From NCBI GenBank assembly GCA_018649625.1, contig JABIHN010000018.1:4106-68105 (forward strand): a stretch of DNA of 64,000 nucleotides, in the 5' to 3' direction. The notes under the pieces are model-generated. The model ran no database searches and was not told the DNA's origin. It saw only the letters and a program-made list of their open reading frames with translations. The stretch's first letter is position 1. Each line of letters opens with the position of its first letter. The position numbers were made by a program, and so were the translations under genes. Below, one piece after another: positions 55,127 through 64,000 of this stretch. This DNA comes from Fidelibacterota bacterium. GTDB taxonomy: Bacteria; Fidelibacterota; Marinisomatia; Marinisomatales; UBA1611.

Positions 55127-55900
55127 ATGAAAAACATAATAATCTTCATTCTTGCAATGACGATTCTTTTACCTATAAATGGTGAAGAATTACAATTGTT
55201 TGGTGGAAGGAAATCTTCAGGTAAATCTGAAAACAAAGAAAAACAGGAAAATATCTCTGTAGATGTTTCTCCGACTAAGGTAATTAGTAGAAAAAATATT
55301 GAATCAGTGATTCCAGTGAAACGAATCCCTGATGGGTGGGTATTCCGAGATGAATTACTCTCTCCTTGGGAATCAAATCTTCCTGCAGTTCTTTCTATCA
55401 TACCAGACACAACGGTTGAAGTCGTATATCATGATGATAACCGTACAACAAAAGAAGGGTTTATTCTACCCATTAAACGTGCATCTGTAGAATTTCAATA
55501 CACATCTCGTTTGACTCATGAACAGATTAGATTGGAATTTGTGAATGTTGATTTTATTTACAGTACAACCAATAACAATGATTCTCATTTCATTTTGGAA
55601 GGAATCACGAAAAAAGTAAAATTAAAAGACACAGGTTTTCCTCAATTAACATCTGGTGATATTATTAAGCACAAAGTACTCATGGAATTCGGTACTCCTA
55701 AAGAATTTGATGGTGTCTGGCATATTTATGAAGATGCTAAGTCCACCTATAAAGTTCGAGAGTTAGATGAACGGAATATCAAAGTTGAAATGTCTAGTTT
55801 AAAAGTTAATGATAAACTTGAAAAAGCCATTGATGATACCTATTCCAAACAAGGAATAGAATACAAAAAACGTTTGATGGTCCAAGGTATTGATATATAA
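55127..55900 (+). CDS. Secreted hypothetical protein
   Basis: 257 aa. Signal peptide MKNIIIFILAMTILLPINGEE. No motif recognised. It lies directly upstream of the Omp85-family gene. Confidence 0.65.
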   Translation: MKNIIIFILAMTILLPINGEELQLFGGRKSSGKSENKEKQENISVDVSPTKVISRKNIESVIPVKRIPDGWVFRDELLSPWESNLPAVLSIIPDTTVEVVYHDDNRTTKEGFILPIKRASVEFQYTSRLTHEQIRLEFVNVDFIYSTTNNNDSHFILEGITKKVKLKDTGFPQLTSGDIIKHKVLMEFGTPKEFDGVWHIYEDAKSTYKVRELDERNIKVEMSSLKVNDKLEKAIDDTYSKQGIEYKKRLMVQGIDI

Positions 55901-55909
55901 ACTGTGTTA

Positions 55910-57202
55910 ATGTTTAAACTTAAAAAAAGGTCTCTAGTAGGCCTTTTTTTATTGCTTGTTGTTTTGTCGAACCTACTAGGAAGTGGATATTCTCCATCTA
56001 TTTCATCTATCCAAATTTATGGAAATTCCAAAACATTGGATTATATTATTGAACGTGAAATTCACCATACTCTTCATACTATTCTAGATAGTACCATTGC
56101 AGAAGAAGATCGAAATCGATTAGAAAATTTAGGAATCTTTAGCGAAGTGTCGTGGAAAGTAATTCCACTGCAAGATAAGTCTGCAATATTAAAATATATA
56201 GTTATTGAATCCATTCAAAAAACACCACCTGGCGTATTTCCAGTGTATGAAGAAGACACTGGGTGGTCATTAGTTGGCGGATGGATTATTCAAAACTTTA
56301 GAGGTAGAAATCAAACGTTACAATTAGGTGGAAGTATTGGAGGAATGGATACTTATGGATTTAATTTTGTCGATCCTTGGATGTTTGGCAATCATGTTTC
56401 ACTCTCATTGAGTTCGGGTAAATCATCATTTCATCATAATTTTTTAAATTGGGAAACGGATGTTCAATCATTCCAAATTGATTTAGGTCGTTGGTTTGGT
56501 GAATCTATCAAATCTTCAATTGGATTTGAATTTGAAAAAAAAACCTTTTCTAATGAATCAACTTCAAATTCATATTTATATTTTTCACCTCAAGTTTCTA
56601 CTCGATATGATACAAGAGATATTTATTGGAATCCAACAAAAGGTCTTTTGATTTCTCATTATTTTTATTTTATGAATGGGATCGAACCTTCTAATTATTC
56701 ATTGTTAATTTGGCGCCAATCCTATTCAGGATTTTTCAAGTTAAACACATCCAAAAAGAATTTAGTTTTGGCTGTAAATACCACTTTTAAAAGAAAATGG
56801 GGCGATAAAAAGGAAATTTGGTTAAACTATTTTGGTGATTCATATTCAGTCCGTGGATGGGCATTACCGAATCAAGAACTATATTATTCAGGAGCCGAAT
56901 CGTTTCGTTTTGGACATGAATCAGTTCAAACGACTATAGAGTTAAGAAAAGATATTATCCCTAAATATGCTACCAAATATGGGGTTGAGTTTGGATTGGG
57001 TGTTGTAGCTTTTTTAGATGCAGGAATTATCAGTGAATCGTGGACTGATTTATTATCACAAAGTCCAATGTTAGGAACTGGTATCGGCCTTAGGATTCCA
57101 ATACCAATGGTGGATGTATTAAGAATTGATTATGGCTGGGGTTATAAAGATGGTGATTGGAATTCAGGCTCAATCCATTGGAGTGTTGAGCAGAAGTTCT
57201 AA
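55910..57202 (+). CDS. Omp85/BamA-family outer-membrane protein (single POTRA + surface-antigen D15 barrel)
   Basis: Signal peptide, a POTRA-like SISSIQIYGNSKTLDYIIEREI, and a beta-barrel ending SIHWSVEQKF. ATG 55910 is preferred over GTG 55904. Confidence 0.8.
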   Translation: MFKLKKRSLVGLFLLLVVLSNLLGSGYSPSISSIQIYGNSKTLDYIIEREIHHTLHTILDSTIAEEDRNRLENLGIFSEVSWKVIPLQDKSAILKYIVIESIQKTPPGVFPVYEEDTGWSLVGGWIIQNFRGRNQTLQLGGSIGGMDTYGFNFVDPWMFGNHVSLSLSSGKSSFHHNFLNWETDVQSFQIDLGRWFGESIKSSIGFEFEKKTFSNESTSNSYLYFSPQVSTRYDTRDIYWNPTKGLLISHYFYFMNGIEPSNYSLLIWRQSYSGFFKLNTSKKNLVLAVNTTFKRKWGDKKEIWLNYFGDSYSVRGWALPNQELYYSGAESFRFGHESVQTTIELRKDIIPKYATKYGVEFGLGVVAFLDAGIISESWTDLLSQSPMLGTGIGLRIPIPMVDVLRIDYGWGYKDGDWNSGSIHWSVEQKF

Positions 57203-57861
57203 CTTTTCTTTTTAAATATCATTGCTTTTTCAAACTGATTTTCTGTACCATTTCTAAGTCGAGAAATATTAGAACGATGAGTATAAATCATAAAAAATGG
57301 TACTAGTAAGCTGAAGATTAATAGAGATAGTTCAGCCGGTTCTATTCCGATAATAGGTAATAGGAGTAAAAGGATAGGTAAGGATGTACTGGCTATCATG
57401 GATCCAATTGACACATATCCTGTGAAAATTAATGTAATCACAAAAACCAAAATACATAGTGGTACAGCTACAGGGAACAATGCGATGAGCATTCCAGCTA
57501 GAGTCCCGACACCCTTTCCACCTTTGAATCCGGCAAAGACTGTGTATGTGTGTCCTAATACCGCAGCAAATCCACATAAAACTTGAAAAAGTCCTAAGTC
57601 TGGAAGTAGAGTTGCTTCAAAATATAATTTGGCTAAATAGGCGGCAGGAAGCCATCCTTTGAATATATCAAATAAAACGACAAATAAGGCGGGTTTCCAT
57701 CCAAGCACTCTAAATATATTCGTCCCACCTGCATTTCCACTGCCATGTTCTCGAATATCGATTCCTCGTAATGCTCTACCAACGATAATACTTGTCGGAA
57801 AAGACCCAATCAAATAACTTATAAAAAGAATTAGAATAAATATAATATTCGGATGAATCAT
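57199..57861 (-). CDS. plsY: Glycerol-3-phosphate acyltransferase PlsY
   Basis: 220 aa. Has the GSGNAGGTN motif, FKGGKGV and multiple TM helices. Confidence 0.9.
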   Translation of the reverse strand: MIHPNIIFILILFISYLIGSFPTSIIVGRALRGIDIREHGSGNAGGTNIFRVLGWKPALFVVLFDIFKGWLPAAYLAKLYFEATLLPDLGLFQVLCGFAAVLGHTYTVFAGFKGGKGVGTLAGMLIALFPVAVPLCILVFVITLIFTGYVSIGSMIASTSLPILLLLLPIIGIEPAELSLLIFSLLVPFFMIYTHRSNISRLRNGTENQFEKAMIFKKKS

Positions 57862-57941
57862 TTGGATTGACCAATATAAATTGAATTGTAATTATGAATG
57901 AATAAGAACATAAAAATATTTAATTTATATAAGATTAGTAT

Positions 57942-58535
57942 TTACGGTAAAGGATTTACATCAGGTGCTAACATTCCACCCGAGATGATTGTTTTTAGCC
58001 CATCTTCAACTGACATTCCAGTTGGAACAGCATCTGCTTGAGGTATCAATAGAAAGAACCCTGAAGTAGGGTTTGGCGTTGTTGGGACAAATAAGTGATA
58101 ATAAGGCACGCCATCGTTTGTTTTAGATTCCCCACTAATGAAAGCCATTGTCCAAAGTCCTACTCTTGGATATTGGATATACACAGCGCCTTGGAAAGTA
58201 TCAGATGTCCCTTTTGTAAATGTATCCGTAATCTGTTTTAATGTGCTATAGATTGTATTAACTATAGGAACTCGCTTTAATATTTTTTCACCTAAGTCAA
58301 ATATTTTTCGTCCAAGAAAATTTGTGACAAGAATACCTAAAAAAAGGATGAGAACTAATGTTAATACTATTCCAAGTCCGGGGATTTCAATTCCGAATTT
58401 TTCAAGAATCGGAGCTGATAATTCATCAAGCGAAACAAATAAAAATTCTAATAAAAAATACGTAAATAATAAGGGAAGAGCTGTAGCTATACCTGCAAAT
58501 AGTTTAGTTCTAATGTTCTGTATGATAGAGTTCAT
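57942..58535 (-). CDS. DUF502-family membrane protein
   Basis: 197 aa. Two N-terminal TM helices, then RVPIVNTIYSTLKQI and TPNPTSGFFLLIP, typical of DUF502. Confidence 0.75.
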   Translation of the reverse strand: MNSIIQNIRTKLFAGIATALPLLFTYFLLEFLFVSLDELSAPILEKFGIEIPGLGIVLTLVLILFLGILVTNFLGRKIFDLGEKILKRVPIVNTIYSTLKQITDTFTKGTSDTFQGAVYIQYPRVGLWTMAFISGESKTNDGVPYYHLFVPTTPNPTSGFFLLIPQADAVPTGMSVEDGLKTIISGGMLAPDVNPLP

Positions 58536-58585
58536 AAGGGCTTGAAGTTAATTGGGTTCTAAAGTTAATAAAAGAGAGTTCATAG

Positions 58586-59071
58586 TTAGAGTTTTACATC
58601 AATTCCTTCATGAGTTAGGAGAATCATTTTTTTATCCAATCCACCACCATAGCCTCCCAACGTGCCATTTGATGTCAAAACTCTATGGCATGGAATAAGT
58701 ATTGCAATTGGATTATTTGCATTGGCCGATCCAGCCGCGCGCGAAGCTTTTTCATTCCCTGCTCGTTTGGCAATTTCTTGATAAGATACAGTTTTACCAA
58801 AAGGAATTTTCGCCACTTCTAATAATGATTTTTTATAAAAGGGCGGCATCTTTAAATCAAGAGGGACTGTAAAATCCTTTCTTGTTCCATTAAAATATTC
58901 TTGGAGTTCTTTTAGTGTTTGATTTAAAAGTGGAGATCTATTTTTTATAGAAGTTTGGGGTTCATCTTGAATGATATCATTAGCAAGGTGAACACGATAA
59001 ACTCCTCGATCATTGGTACGAATACCAAGTGTGCCAATAGGAGTTTTTATTTTAGCATATTCATTCATCAA
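58586..59071 (-). CDS. ogt: Methylated-DNA--protein-cysteine methyltransferase
   Basis: 161 aa. Active site IPCHRVL. Upstream region SYQEIAKRAG...ASRAAGSANA.NP. Confidence 0.9.
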   Translation of the reverse strand: MMNEYAKIKTPIGTLGIRTNDRGVYRVHLANDIIQDEPQTSIKNRSPLLNQTLKELQEYFNGTRKDFTVPLDLKMPPFYKKSLLEVAKIPFGKTVSYQEIAKRAGNEKASRAAGSANANNPIAILIPCHRVLTSNGTLGGYGGGLDKKMILLTHEGIDVKL

Positions 59072-59933
59072 AGTTTACAAGAACAGCGCCCATAATGACG
59101 AGCCCGCCTCCAAATATAGCCAGAATTGATAGTTTTTCATCTAAGAATACCCATCCCAAACCTGTCGCCAATAAAGGCGGGAAAAAGGCAATATACGAAA
59201 TTTGAGACATTGATATATGGGTATATAGCCAAAAATAAATATACCATGCAATTAAAGAGCCAAAAATTGATAGATAAATTAATGCGAAAATATTAAAATT
59301 GCTCCAGACCATAATTTGATCGGATTCAAATATAAGGGATACAATAAATAATAGAATTCCAGCAACTATTTGGCTAACTGCGTTTAAGTGTAGTGAAGAT
59401 ACGGCAGTTGAATGCCTTTTTAAATATACGCTGGGATAGGTTGCAACTACGACTGCTATCATGACAACTAAAATACCTAAAACAATTTGATCGCCTTCAA
59501 AATTTAATCCTTCTTTTAAAATCAGTAATGCACCCATTGTACCTAGAAATAAGCTTAGTATTTTCTTTCGTGTTAATCGTTCATTCGGCAGCATGAAATA
59601 TGAAAAAGCTGCAACACTTAGTGGAAATCCGGCCCAAATAATTGATGATAAACTTGAATATATAAATTGTGTAGCCCAGTAGGTTAGGCCATAACTAATG
59701 GCAAGATTTAGTACACCAAATTGAAAATATAATATGAGTGATATTCTATCGAATGGAGGCCAACTCCTTTTATATAAAATATAAATCCAAAAAATAATCC
59801 CTGCCCCAAAAAATCTGATTCCAGATCCTAAAAAAGGTGGTGTGCCATCTGTAAGGCTCTTTTTTAAAATAAGCCAAGTTGTTCCCCAAATAAAGCAAAG
59901 AACAATATAATTGAATAAAACTTTAGGTTTCAT
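59061..59933 (-). CDS. EamA/DMT-family transporter
   Basis: 290 aa, 10 TM in two EamA-like halves. Confidence 0.8.
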   Translation of the reverse strand: MKPKVLFNYIVLCFIWGTTWLILKKSLTDGTPPFLGSGIRFFGAGIIFWIYILYKRSWPPFDRISLILYFQFGVLNLAISYGLTYWATQFIYSSLSSIIWAGFPLSVAAFSYFMLPNERLTRKKILSLFLGTMGALLILKEGLNFEGDQIVLGILVVMIAVVVATYPSVYLKRHSTAVSSLHLNAVSQIVAGILLFIVSLIFESDQIMVWSNFNIFALIYLSIFGSLIAWYIYFWLYTHISMSQISYIAFFPPLLATGLGWVFLDEKLSILAIFGGGLVIMGAVLVNFDE

Positions 59934-59937
59934 ATTG

Positions 59938-59983
59938 AAAAAAAAACGCCCCGACCTATGATAGATTTAGGACACGGGGCGTT
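59938..59983 (-). terminator. Rho-independent terminator downstream of secF
   Basis: On the minus strand: ACGCCCCG-(loop)-CGGGGCGT followed by T9 (the plus-strand A-run at 59938-59946). Confidence 0.7.
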
Positions 59984-60011
59984 TGGAATATATTTAAGTT
60001 ATTAAGAAAAA

Positions 60012-60935
60012 TTAATTATCTGAATCCATTTTAATTACAACTGGACTTGCAACAAAAATACTGGAGTATGTTCCAACAATTACGCCAATGATCATTGCGA
60101 ATGCAAAGGTATGAATCACTTCTCCACCAACCAAAAATAATATCATGACAACAAAAAATGTTGTAAGAGATGTTATAATTGTCCGACTCAATGATTGATT
60201 AATACTCTCATTAATAACGGAAGATAGAGATGCTTTTTTCAAACCTTTCACATTTTCTCGAATTCGATCAAAAATAACTATAGTATCATTCAAAGAATAT
60301 CCTACAATGGTAAGAAAAGCTGCAATCACAGCTAAAGATATTTCAAAATCCAATATGGAAAAAATACCCAATGTAATTAAAATATCATGGGTTAATGCAG
60401 CAATTGCACCTACAGCATATTTGAATTCAAAGCGAATGGAAATGTAGATTAAAATAAGTGCCAATGCACTGAATATAGCCATGATAGCATCCCCGCTTAA
60501 TTCAGCACCAACTTTGGGTCCTACCTTTTCTATAGATAGAATAAAATCTGATTGATTTTCAGGAACAAGCTTTGGAAATGCTTCAGCCATTTTTTCAACG
60601 AACTTATGTGCGAATTGTTCAGGCTCATCTTCCATACTTGGCAGTCGAACAGCCACATTAGACTCATCGCCAAAATGTTTTATCTCAACATGACTAAAAT
60701 CGAAAGACTGTCCATCGATTGTGACTTGATTTAATGCCGTACGAACTTCGTCGATATCTACAGGCTCTGTGTAATTGACGGCGATCATAGAACCACCTTT
60801 AAAGTCAATACTTAATTTAGGACCGCCTTTCATGAACATTGTTGCAAGACCAACAATGATTAAAACTAGAGACAAAATTCCAGTTAATCTGGTTTTGCTA
60901 ATGAAATCGATATGTGTTTCTTTGATTATTCTCAT
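60012..60935 (-). CDS. secF: Protein translocase subunit SecF
   Basis: 307 aa. Typical SecF blocks (IDFKGG, HDILITLG, GYSLNDTIVIFDRIREN). Confidence 0.95.
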   Translation of the reverse strand: MRIIKETHIDFISKTRLTGILSLVLIIVGLATMFMKGGPKLSIDFKGGSMIAVNYTEPVDIDEVRTALNQVTIDGQSFDFSHVEIKHFGDESNVAVRLPSMEDEPEQFAHKFVEKMAEAFPKLVPENQSDFILSIEKVGPKVGAELSGDAIMAIFSALALILIYISIRFEFKYAVGAIAALTHDILITLGIFSILDFEISLAVIAAFLTIVGYSLNDTIVIFDRIRENVKGLKKASLSSVINESINQSLSRTIITSLTTFFVVMILFLVGGEVIHTFAFAMIIGVIVGTYSSIFVASPVVIKMDSDN

Positions 60936-60936
60936 A

Positions 60937-62862
60937 TTAAATACTCAATGTTGTAAGCCCTTTTCGGGACGTATATGCATTAAAAATAGTGCGTGTAATA
61001 AAGACTGCAGTGAACAAGCTAATTAGGATTCCCCAGAAAAGAACAGTTGCAAACCCTTTAATTGGACCCGTACCAAATTGATAAAGAACCAAGGATGCAA
61101 TTAAAGTTGTTATACTTGCATCAATGATTGTGGTTAAAGCTCTATCATATCCAGCATCAACCGCAGCTTTAGGTGTTTTCCCTTTTCGTAACTCTTCACG
61201 AATCCGCTCAAATATAATCACATTAGCATCTATGGACATCCCAACAGTTAAAATCAATCCTGCAATACCGGGAAGGGTTAGAGTTGCTTGTAAAGAAGCC
61301 AAAACAGCTAATACAAGCAAGATATTCCAGATCAATGCAAAATTTGCAACAATTCCAGCCATCTTGTAGTAAACCAACATAAAGATAAGAACAAGACCTA
61401 ATCCTAATAGTACAGCTTGAGTTCCTTGCGCAATAGAGTCAGCACCTAAACTAGGTCCAACAATTCTTTCTTCAATAATATTAACCGGAGCAGGTAAAGC
61501 ACCTGCACGAAGAATAATTGCTAAATCTTTTGCTTCATTTATATTAGCAAATCCTTGAATTTGTGTATTTCCACCAGAAATTTTTTCTTTGATTGATGGA
61601 GCCATATGAACTTTATTATCAAGTACAATCGCAATTCGTTCAGAGATATTTGCGCCAGTGACTCGAGCCCAAGTTCTTGCTCCTTCACTATTCATTGAGA
61701 GCGAAACGATGGGTTGGCCGGCAGAACCGCCACCCAATGAACCTAAGTCTGCTTTGGCTTCATCGACAACGCCACCTGTAAGTTCAGGGGATTTTTCTAA
61801 ATAGTAAAGTCTATAAAAATTATTAGAAACATTTCCATTTGCAGACACTTCTGCTTTATGACTTAATAGAAACTGGCCATTTGCACTTTTCAGTTTTGAT
61901 GTAATTTCTGGTTTGGATAATAATTTTTTCAATGCATACACATTTTTTTCAGGTACGCCCATGTCACCACCAATTGCCGCTAATAAGCCAGAGAAGGGTG
62001 CTTGGGTAAAAATATCTGCTGATTCATTTTCAATTAAATCACTATTTGAAGATTCTTCAGGTGTTTGATCTGTTTCTCCAAATAATTCAGAAACAGTTGT
62101 TGTTCCATCTTCTTTCTTGATATCTTCAGATGGTTTTGTTTCTATTTTAGATTGACCGGCATTTGATAATTCTAATAATTCGGCTTCATCAGTTGTTTCT
62201 TTTAGAATATCATCTAATTGAAGAATCATTTCATTGGTAACAGCAACATTTTTTACTAAATAAAATTCTAGAAGTGCGGTGCTTTGAAGTAAAGCTCGTG
62301 CCCGTTCAGAATCTTGGATTCCTGCTAACTCAACTACAATCCGATGTTTGCCCTGTTTTTGAATTGTGGGTTCAGCGACGCCGAATTGATCAACGCGGTT
62401 TTGTAAAATTTCCAAAACTCGGTTAATTGCATCATCAGCTTCGTCTTTTAATGCCAACATGATATTTTCTAATGATGCACCATATTGATGGTAATAGCGG
62501 GATAGTTTAATCCCATCTGCTTTTACATCTTGCTCGAATGCCGCAAAGAAATCTACATCTGGTGATGCTGATTTTTCTTTGGCACCTGCTATGATAGCTT
62601 CAAGACGATCATCACGCATGTCTGCAAGATTTGTCATTAGGGTTGGAATGTCTGCTTCGAGAACAATATACATTCCACCTTTTAAATCAAGACCTTGTCT
62701 AATGATTTTGGATTCGATTTGTTCAAGATCTCCAGATGTACGGAGTTCTTCTTTTTTATCGTCGGTCATGTTCTGGTATTGCCAGGTTGGCAACAGGGCA
62801 TAAATCGCCCAGGCAAGAATGAGTCCGATAATTAAATATCTAGGTGTTAAATTATTTTGCAT
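60937..62862 (-). CDS. secD: Protein translocase subunit SecD
   Basis: 641 aa. LGLDLKGG-type block (QGLDLKGGMYIVLE), a large periplasmic domain, and C-terminal GMSIDANVIIFERIREE. secF starts 1 nt after it. Confidence 0.95.
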   Translation of the reverse strand: MQNNLTPRYLIIGLILAWAIYALLPTWQYQNMTDDKKEELRTSGDLEQIESKIIRQGLDLKGGMYIVLEADIPTLMTNLADMRDDRLEAIIAGAKEKSASPDVDFFAAFEQDVKADGIKLSRYYHQYGASLENIMLALKDEADDAINRVLEILQNRVDQFGVAEPTIQKQGKHRIVVELAGIQDSERARALLQSTALLEFYLVKNVAVTNEMILQLDDILKETTDEAELLELSNAGQSKIETKPSEDIKKEDGTTTVSELFGETDQTPEESSNSDLIENESADIFTQAPFSGLLAAIGGDMGVPEKNVYALKKLLSKPEITSKLKSANGQFLLSHKAEVSANGNVSNNFYRLYYLEKSPELTGGVVDEAKADLGSLGGGSAGQPIVSLSMNSEGARTWARVTGANISERIAIVLDNKVHMAPSIKEKISGGNTQIQGFANINEAKDLAIILRAGALPAPVNIIEERIVGPSLGADSIAQGTQAVLLGLGLVLIFMLVYYKMAGIVANFALIWNILLVLAVLASLQATLTLPGIAGLILTVGMSIDANVIIFERIREELRKGKTPKAAVDAGYDRALTTIIDASITTLIASLVLYQFGTGPIKGFATVLFWGILISLFTAVFITRTIFNAYTSRKGLTTLSI

Positions 62863-62905
62863 TATAAATGGTTATTTAAGGTTTAAAAAAGCCGGTGAAT
62901 ATAAG

Positions 62906-62922
62906 CTCGTGACTCTCACGAG
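62906..62922 (-). other. Short perfect hairpin in the secD leader
   Basis: CTCGTGA-ctc-TCACGAG, 44-60 nt upstream of the secD ATG. Function unknown. Confidence 0.25.
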
Positions 62923-63058
62923 GGCAAGTAAGATGGGAAGTTTTTCTGTTGAGTTTGAGTGATAATGGGAATATGGCCATTAATAGACATAATTAAGGTC
63001 AGGTTTTTTTTGATTATTTCTAAATTATATCAAATTTAAACTCACTCTAATAGAAAAA

Positions 63059-64000
63059 TTATTTCAAATATATTACTTTTTGTGTTTGTACTTTATTAGC
63101 AACGGTGAGTTTTCCAAAATAAATTCCACTAGCATAATTGGATGCATTCCATAGGACATCATGCTCACCAGTTAAAAGTTTTCTATCAATCAAAGTTTCA
63201 ATCAATCGACCATTTATGTCAAAAATTCTTAGAGAAGTATTAGATTGACTCTCTACCGAAAATCGAATTGTTGTAGTAGAATTGAATGGGTTAGGATAAG
63301 CCGGATAAAGAATGAACTTGATTGGAAGACTATCATCAGAATCATTGCTTAAGTAAGTATGGGTTTCAACTGATTCTGCATTTGCCATAATATCACTTTC
63401 ATCATACCATCGTTCCCGAAGACTATCTTGTGAATAAAAGGCAGTTAAATCATTATAATGGGGAGATGATGGGTCTTCTGATTGCCCATTGGGTTTCATT
63501 GACCATGCTTTAGGCGTTTCACCTTCTTTGATTCGAATTAACATAATGTGATCATTTCCAGCGGTGCTGTGAAAAAGGTTATCATTTTGTAAACTTCCTT
63601 TTCCCATTTTGGCCGCAGCTAAATCAGTATGACCTGTTCCACCTGAAAGGGGAAAGTAATTATTTCCTCGGAAATACCCATGAATATCTCCCCAAGGAAT
63701 ATACTGAGTACCATATCGACTGATTAATTCATCTTTAGCCCCTACAAGCGATTCAACAATCGTGCGTCTTTCAAATTCATTAAAGGAGTATGGATTTACA
63801 AATTTTAAATTTTCAGGAAGAACTTCACGCACATAAAATAGAAGGGACATTTCAGTGGATGTTATTTCAGCCTTTCCATTCCAAGTAAATAAAATATTTG
63901 CTAACGAATCTGCTTCAGCTTGTCTTGGGAATGAATCCGCGGTTGATTCTTCTAAAGCTAAAGGTAATATTTGTTTAAGAGAATCCCATCCAAGCATTTG
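63059..64000 (-). CDS. Penicillin-acylase (Ntn-hydrolase) family protein, C-terminal part, with T9SS C-terminal sorting domain; 5' end outside window
   Basis: The frame is open to the window edge. GQSEDPSSPHYNDLTAFY...W resembles the conserved C-terminal GQSG.P.SPHY.DQ block of penicillin/AHL acylases. The tail is YPNPFNSTTTIRF...SGIYFGKL...QKVIYLK. Confidence 0.7.
   Translation of the reverse strand, partial: QMLGWDSLKQILPLALEESTADSFPRQAEADSLANILFTWNGKAEITSTEMSLLFYVREVLPENLKFVNPYSFNEFERRTIVESLVGAKDELISRYGTQYIPWGDIHGYFRGNNYFPLSGGTGHTDLAAAKMGKGSLQNDNLFHSTAGNDHIMLIRIKEGETPKAWSMKPNGQSEDPSSPHYNDLTAFYSQDSLRERWYDESDIMANAESVETHTYLSNDSDDSLPIKFILYPAYPNPFNSTTTIRFSVESQSNTSLRIFDINGRLIETLIDRKLLTGEHDVLWNASNYASGIYFGKLTVANKVQTQKVIYLK

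Noticed and set aside
1-64000. Window-wide search for transposases, integrases, CRISPR-cas, restriction-modification systems, toxin-antitoxin pairs, or nuclease/helicase/reverse-transcriptase genes typical of defence systems.
   Set aside because: I recognised none in any listed ORF or in the gaps I translated by eye. Absence is limited by what can be recognised without database searches.

Overview
Visibly AT-rich, tightly packed ~64-kb chromosomal segment with about 60 protein genes and one tRNA (Arg-UCU). I recognise no rRNA, CRISPR array, transposase, integrase or defence/toxin gene. All product calls come from motif and family recognition by eye; no database search was possible. Lineage hint (inference only): five proteins end in the T9SS type-A sorting domain (..YPNPFNP.TTI..). 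Together with a Bacteroides-style hybrid two-component regulator with AraC output, a CarboxypepD_reg-type TonB receptor, a histone-H1-like mini-protein and korAB, this looks like an FCB-superphylum / Marinimicrobia-like marine bacterium. Layout: (-) PBP1A 5' end, fumC-korB-korA; (+) CASTOR/POLLUX-like channel, selD, Rrf2-DUF59-sufABCDE-sufT-sufS-DUF2480-like, dCMP deaminase, T9SS esterase/beta-helix protein, ABC_ATPase-family protein, NhaP-RCK antiporter, histone-like gene, membrane protein; (-) 7TMR-DISM kinase + NarL-type regulator; (+) 2OG oxygenase, BNR/T9SS protein, Cys/Lys-rich repeat protein, dockerin lipase, small ORFs, methyltransferase, msrB; (-) MBL hydrolase, esterase, two tandem DUF1800-DUF1501 pairs; (+) FKBP, hybrid kinase/AraC regulator, TonB receptor, beta-propeller phytase, OPA-type MFS, metallophosphoesterase, Na+/solute symporter; (-) tRNA; (+) small repeat protein, secreted protein, Omp85; (-) plsY, DUF502, ogt, EamA, secF, secD, T9SS penicillin-acylase-like protein (5' truncated). 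Most noteworthy: (1) a coherent phytate (InsP6) acquisition locus at 42.2-54.3 kb, apparently controlled by the hybrid regulator; (2) duplicated DUF1800/DUF1501 modules whose DUF1501 members combine a twin-arginine signal with a T9SS C-terminal domain; (3) a Cys/Lys-rich tandem-repeat protein with a signal peptide; (4) selD is a selenoprotein, and the ORF track misses its first 31 codons because of an in-frame UGA followed by a SECIS-like hairpin; (5) an orphan strong terminator inside a 435-bp gene-free gap. I cannot prove that any of these is a novel system; the ranking is my judgement.
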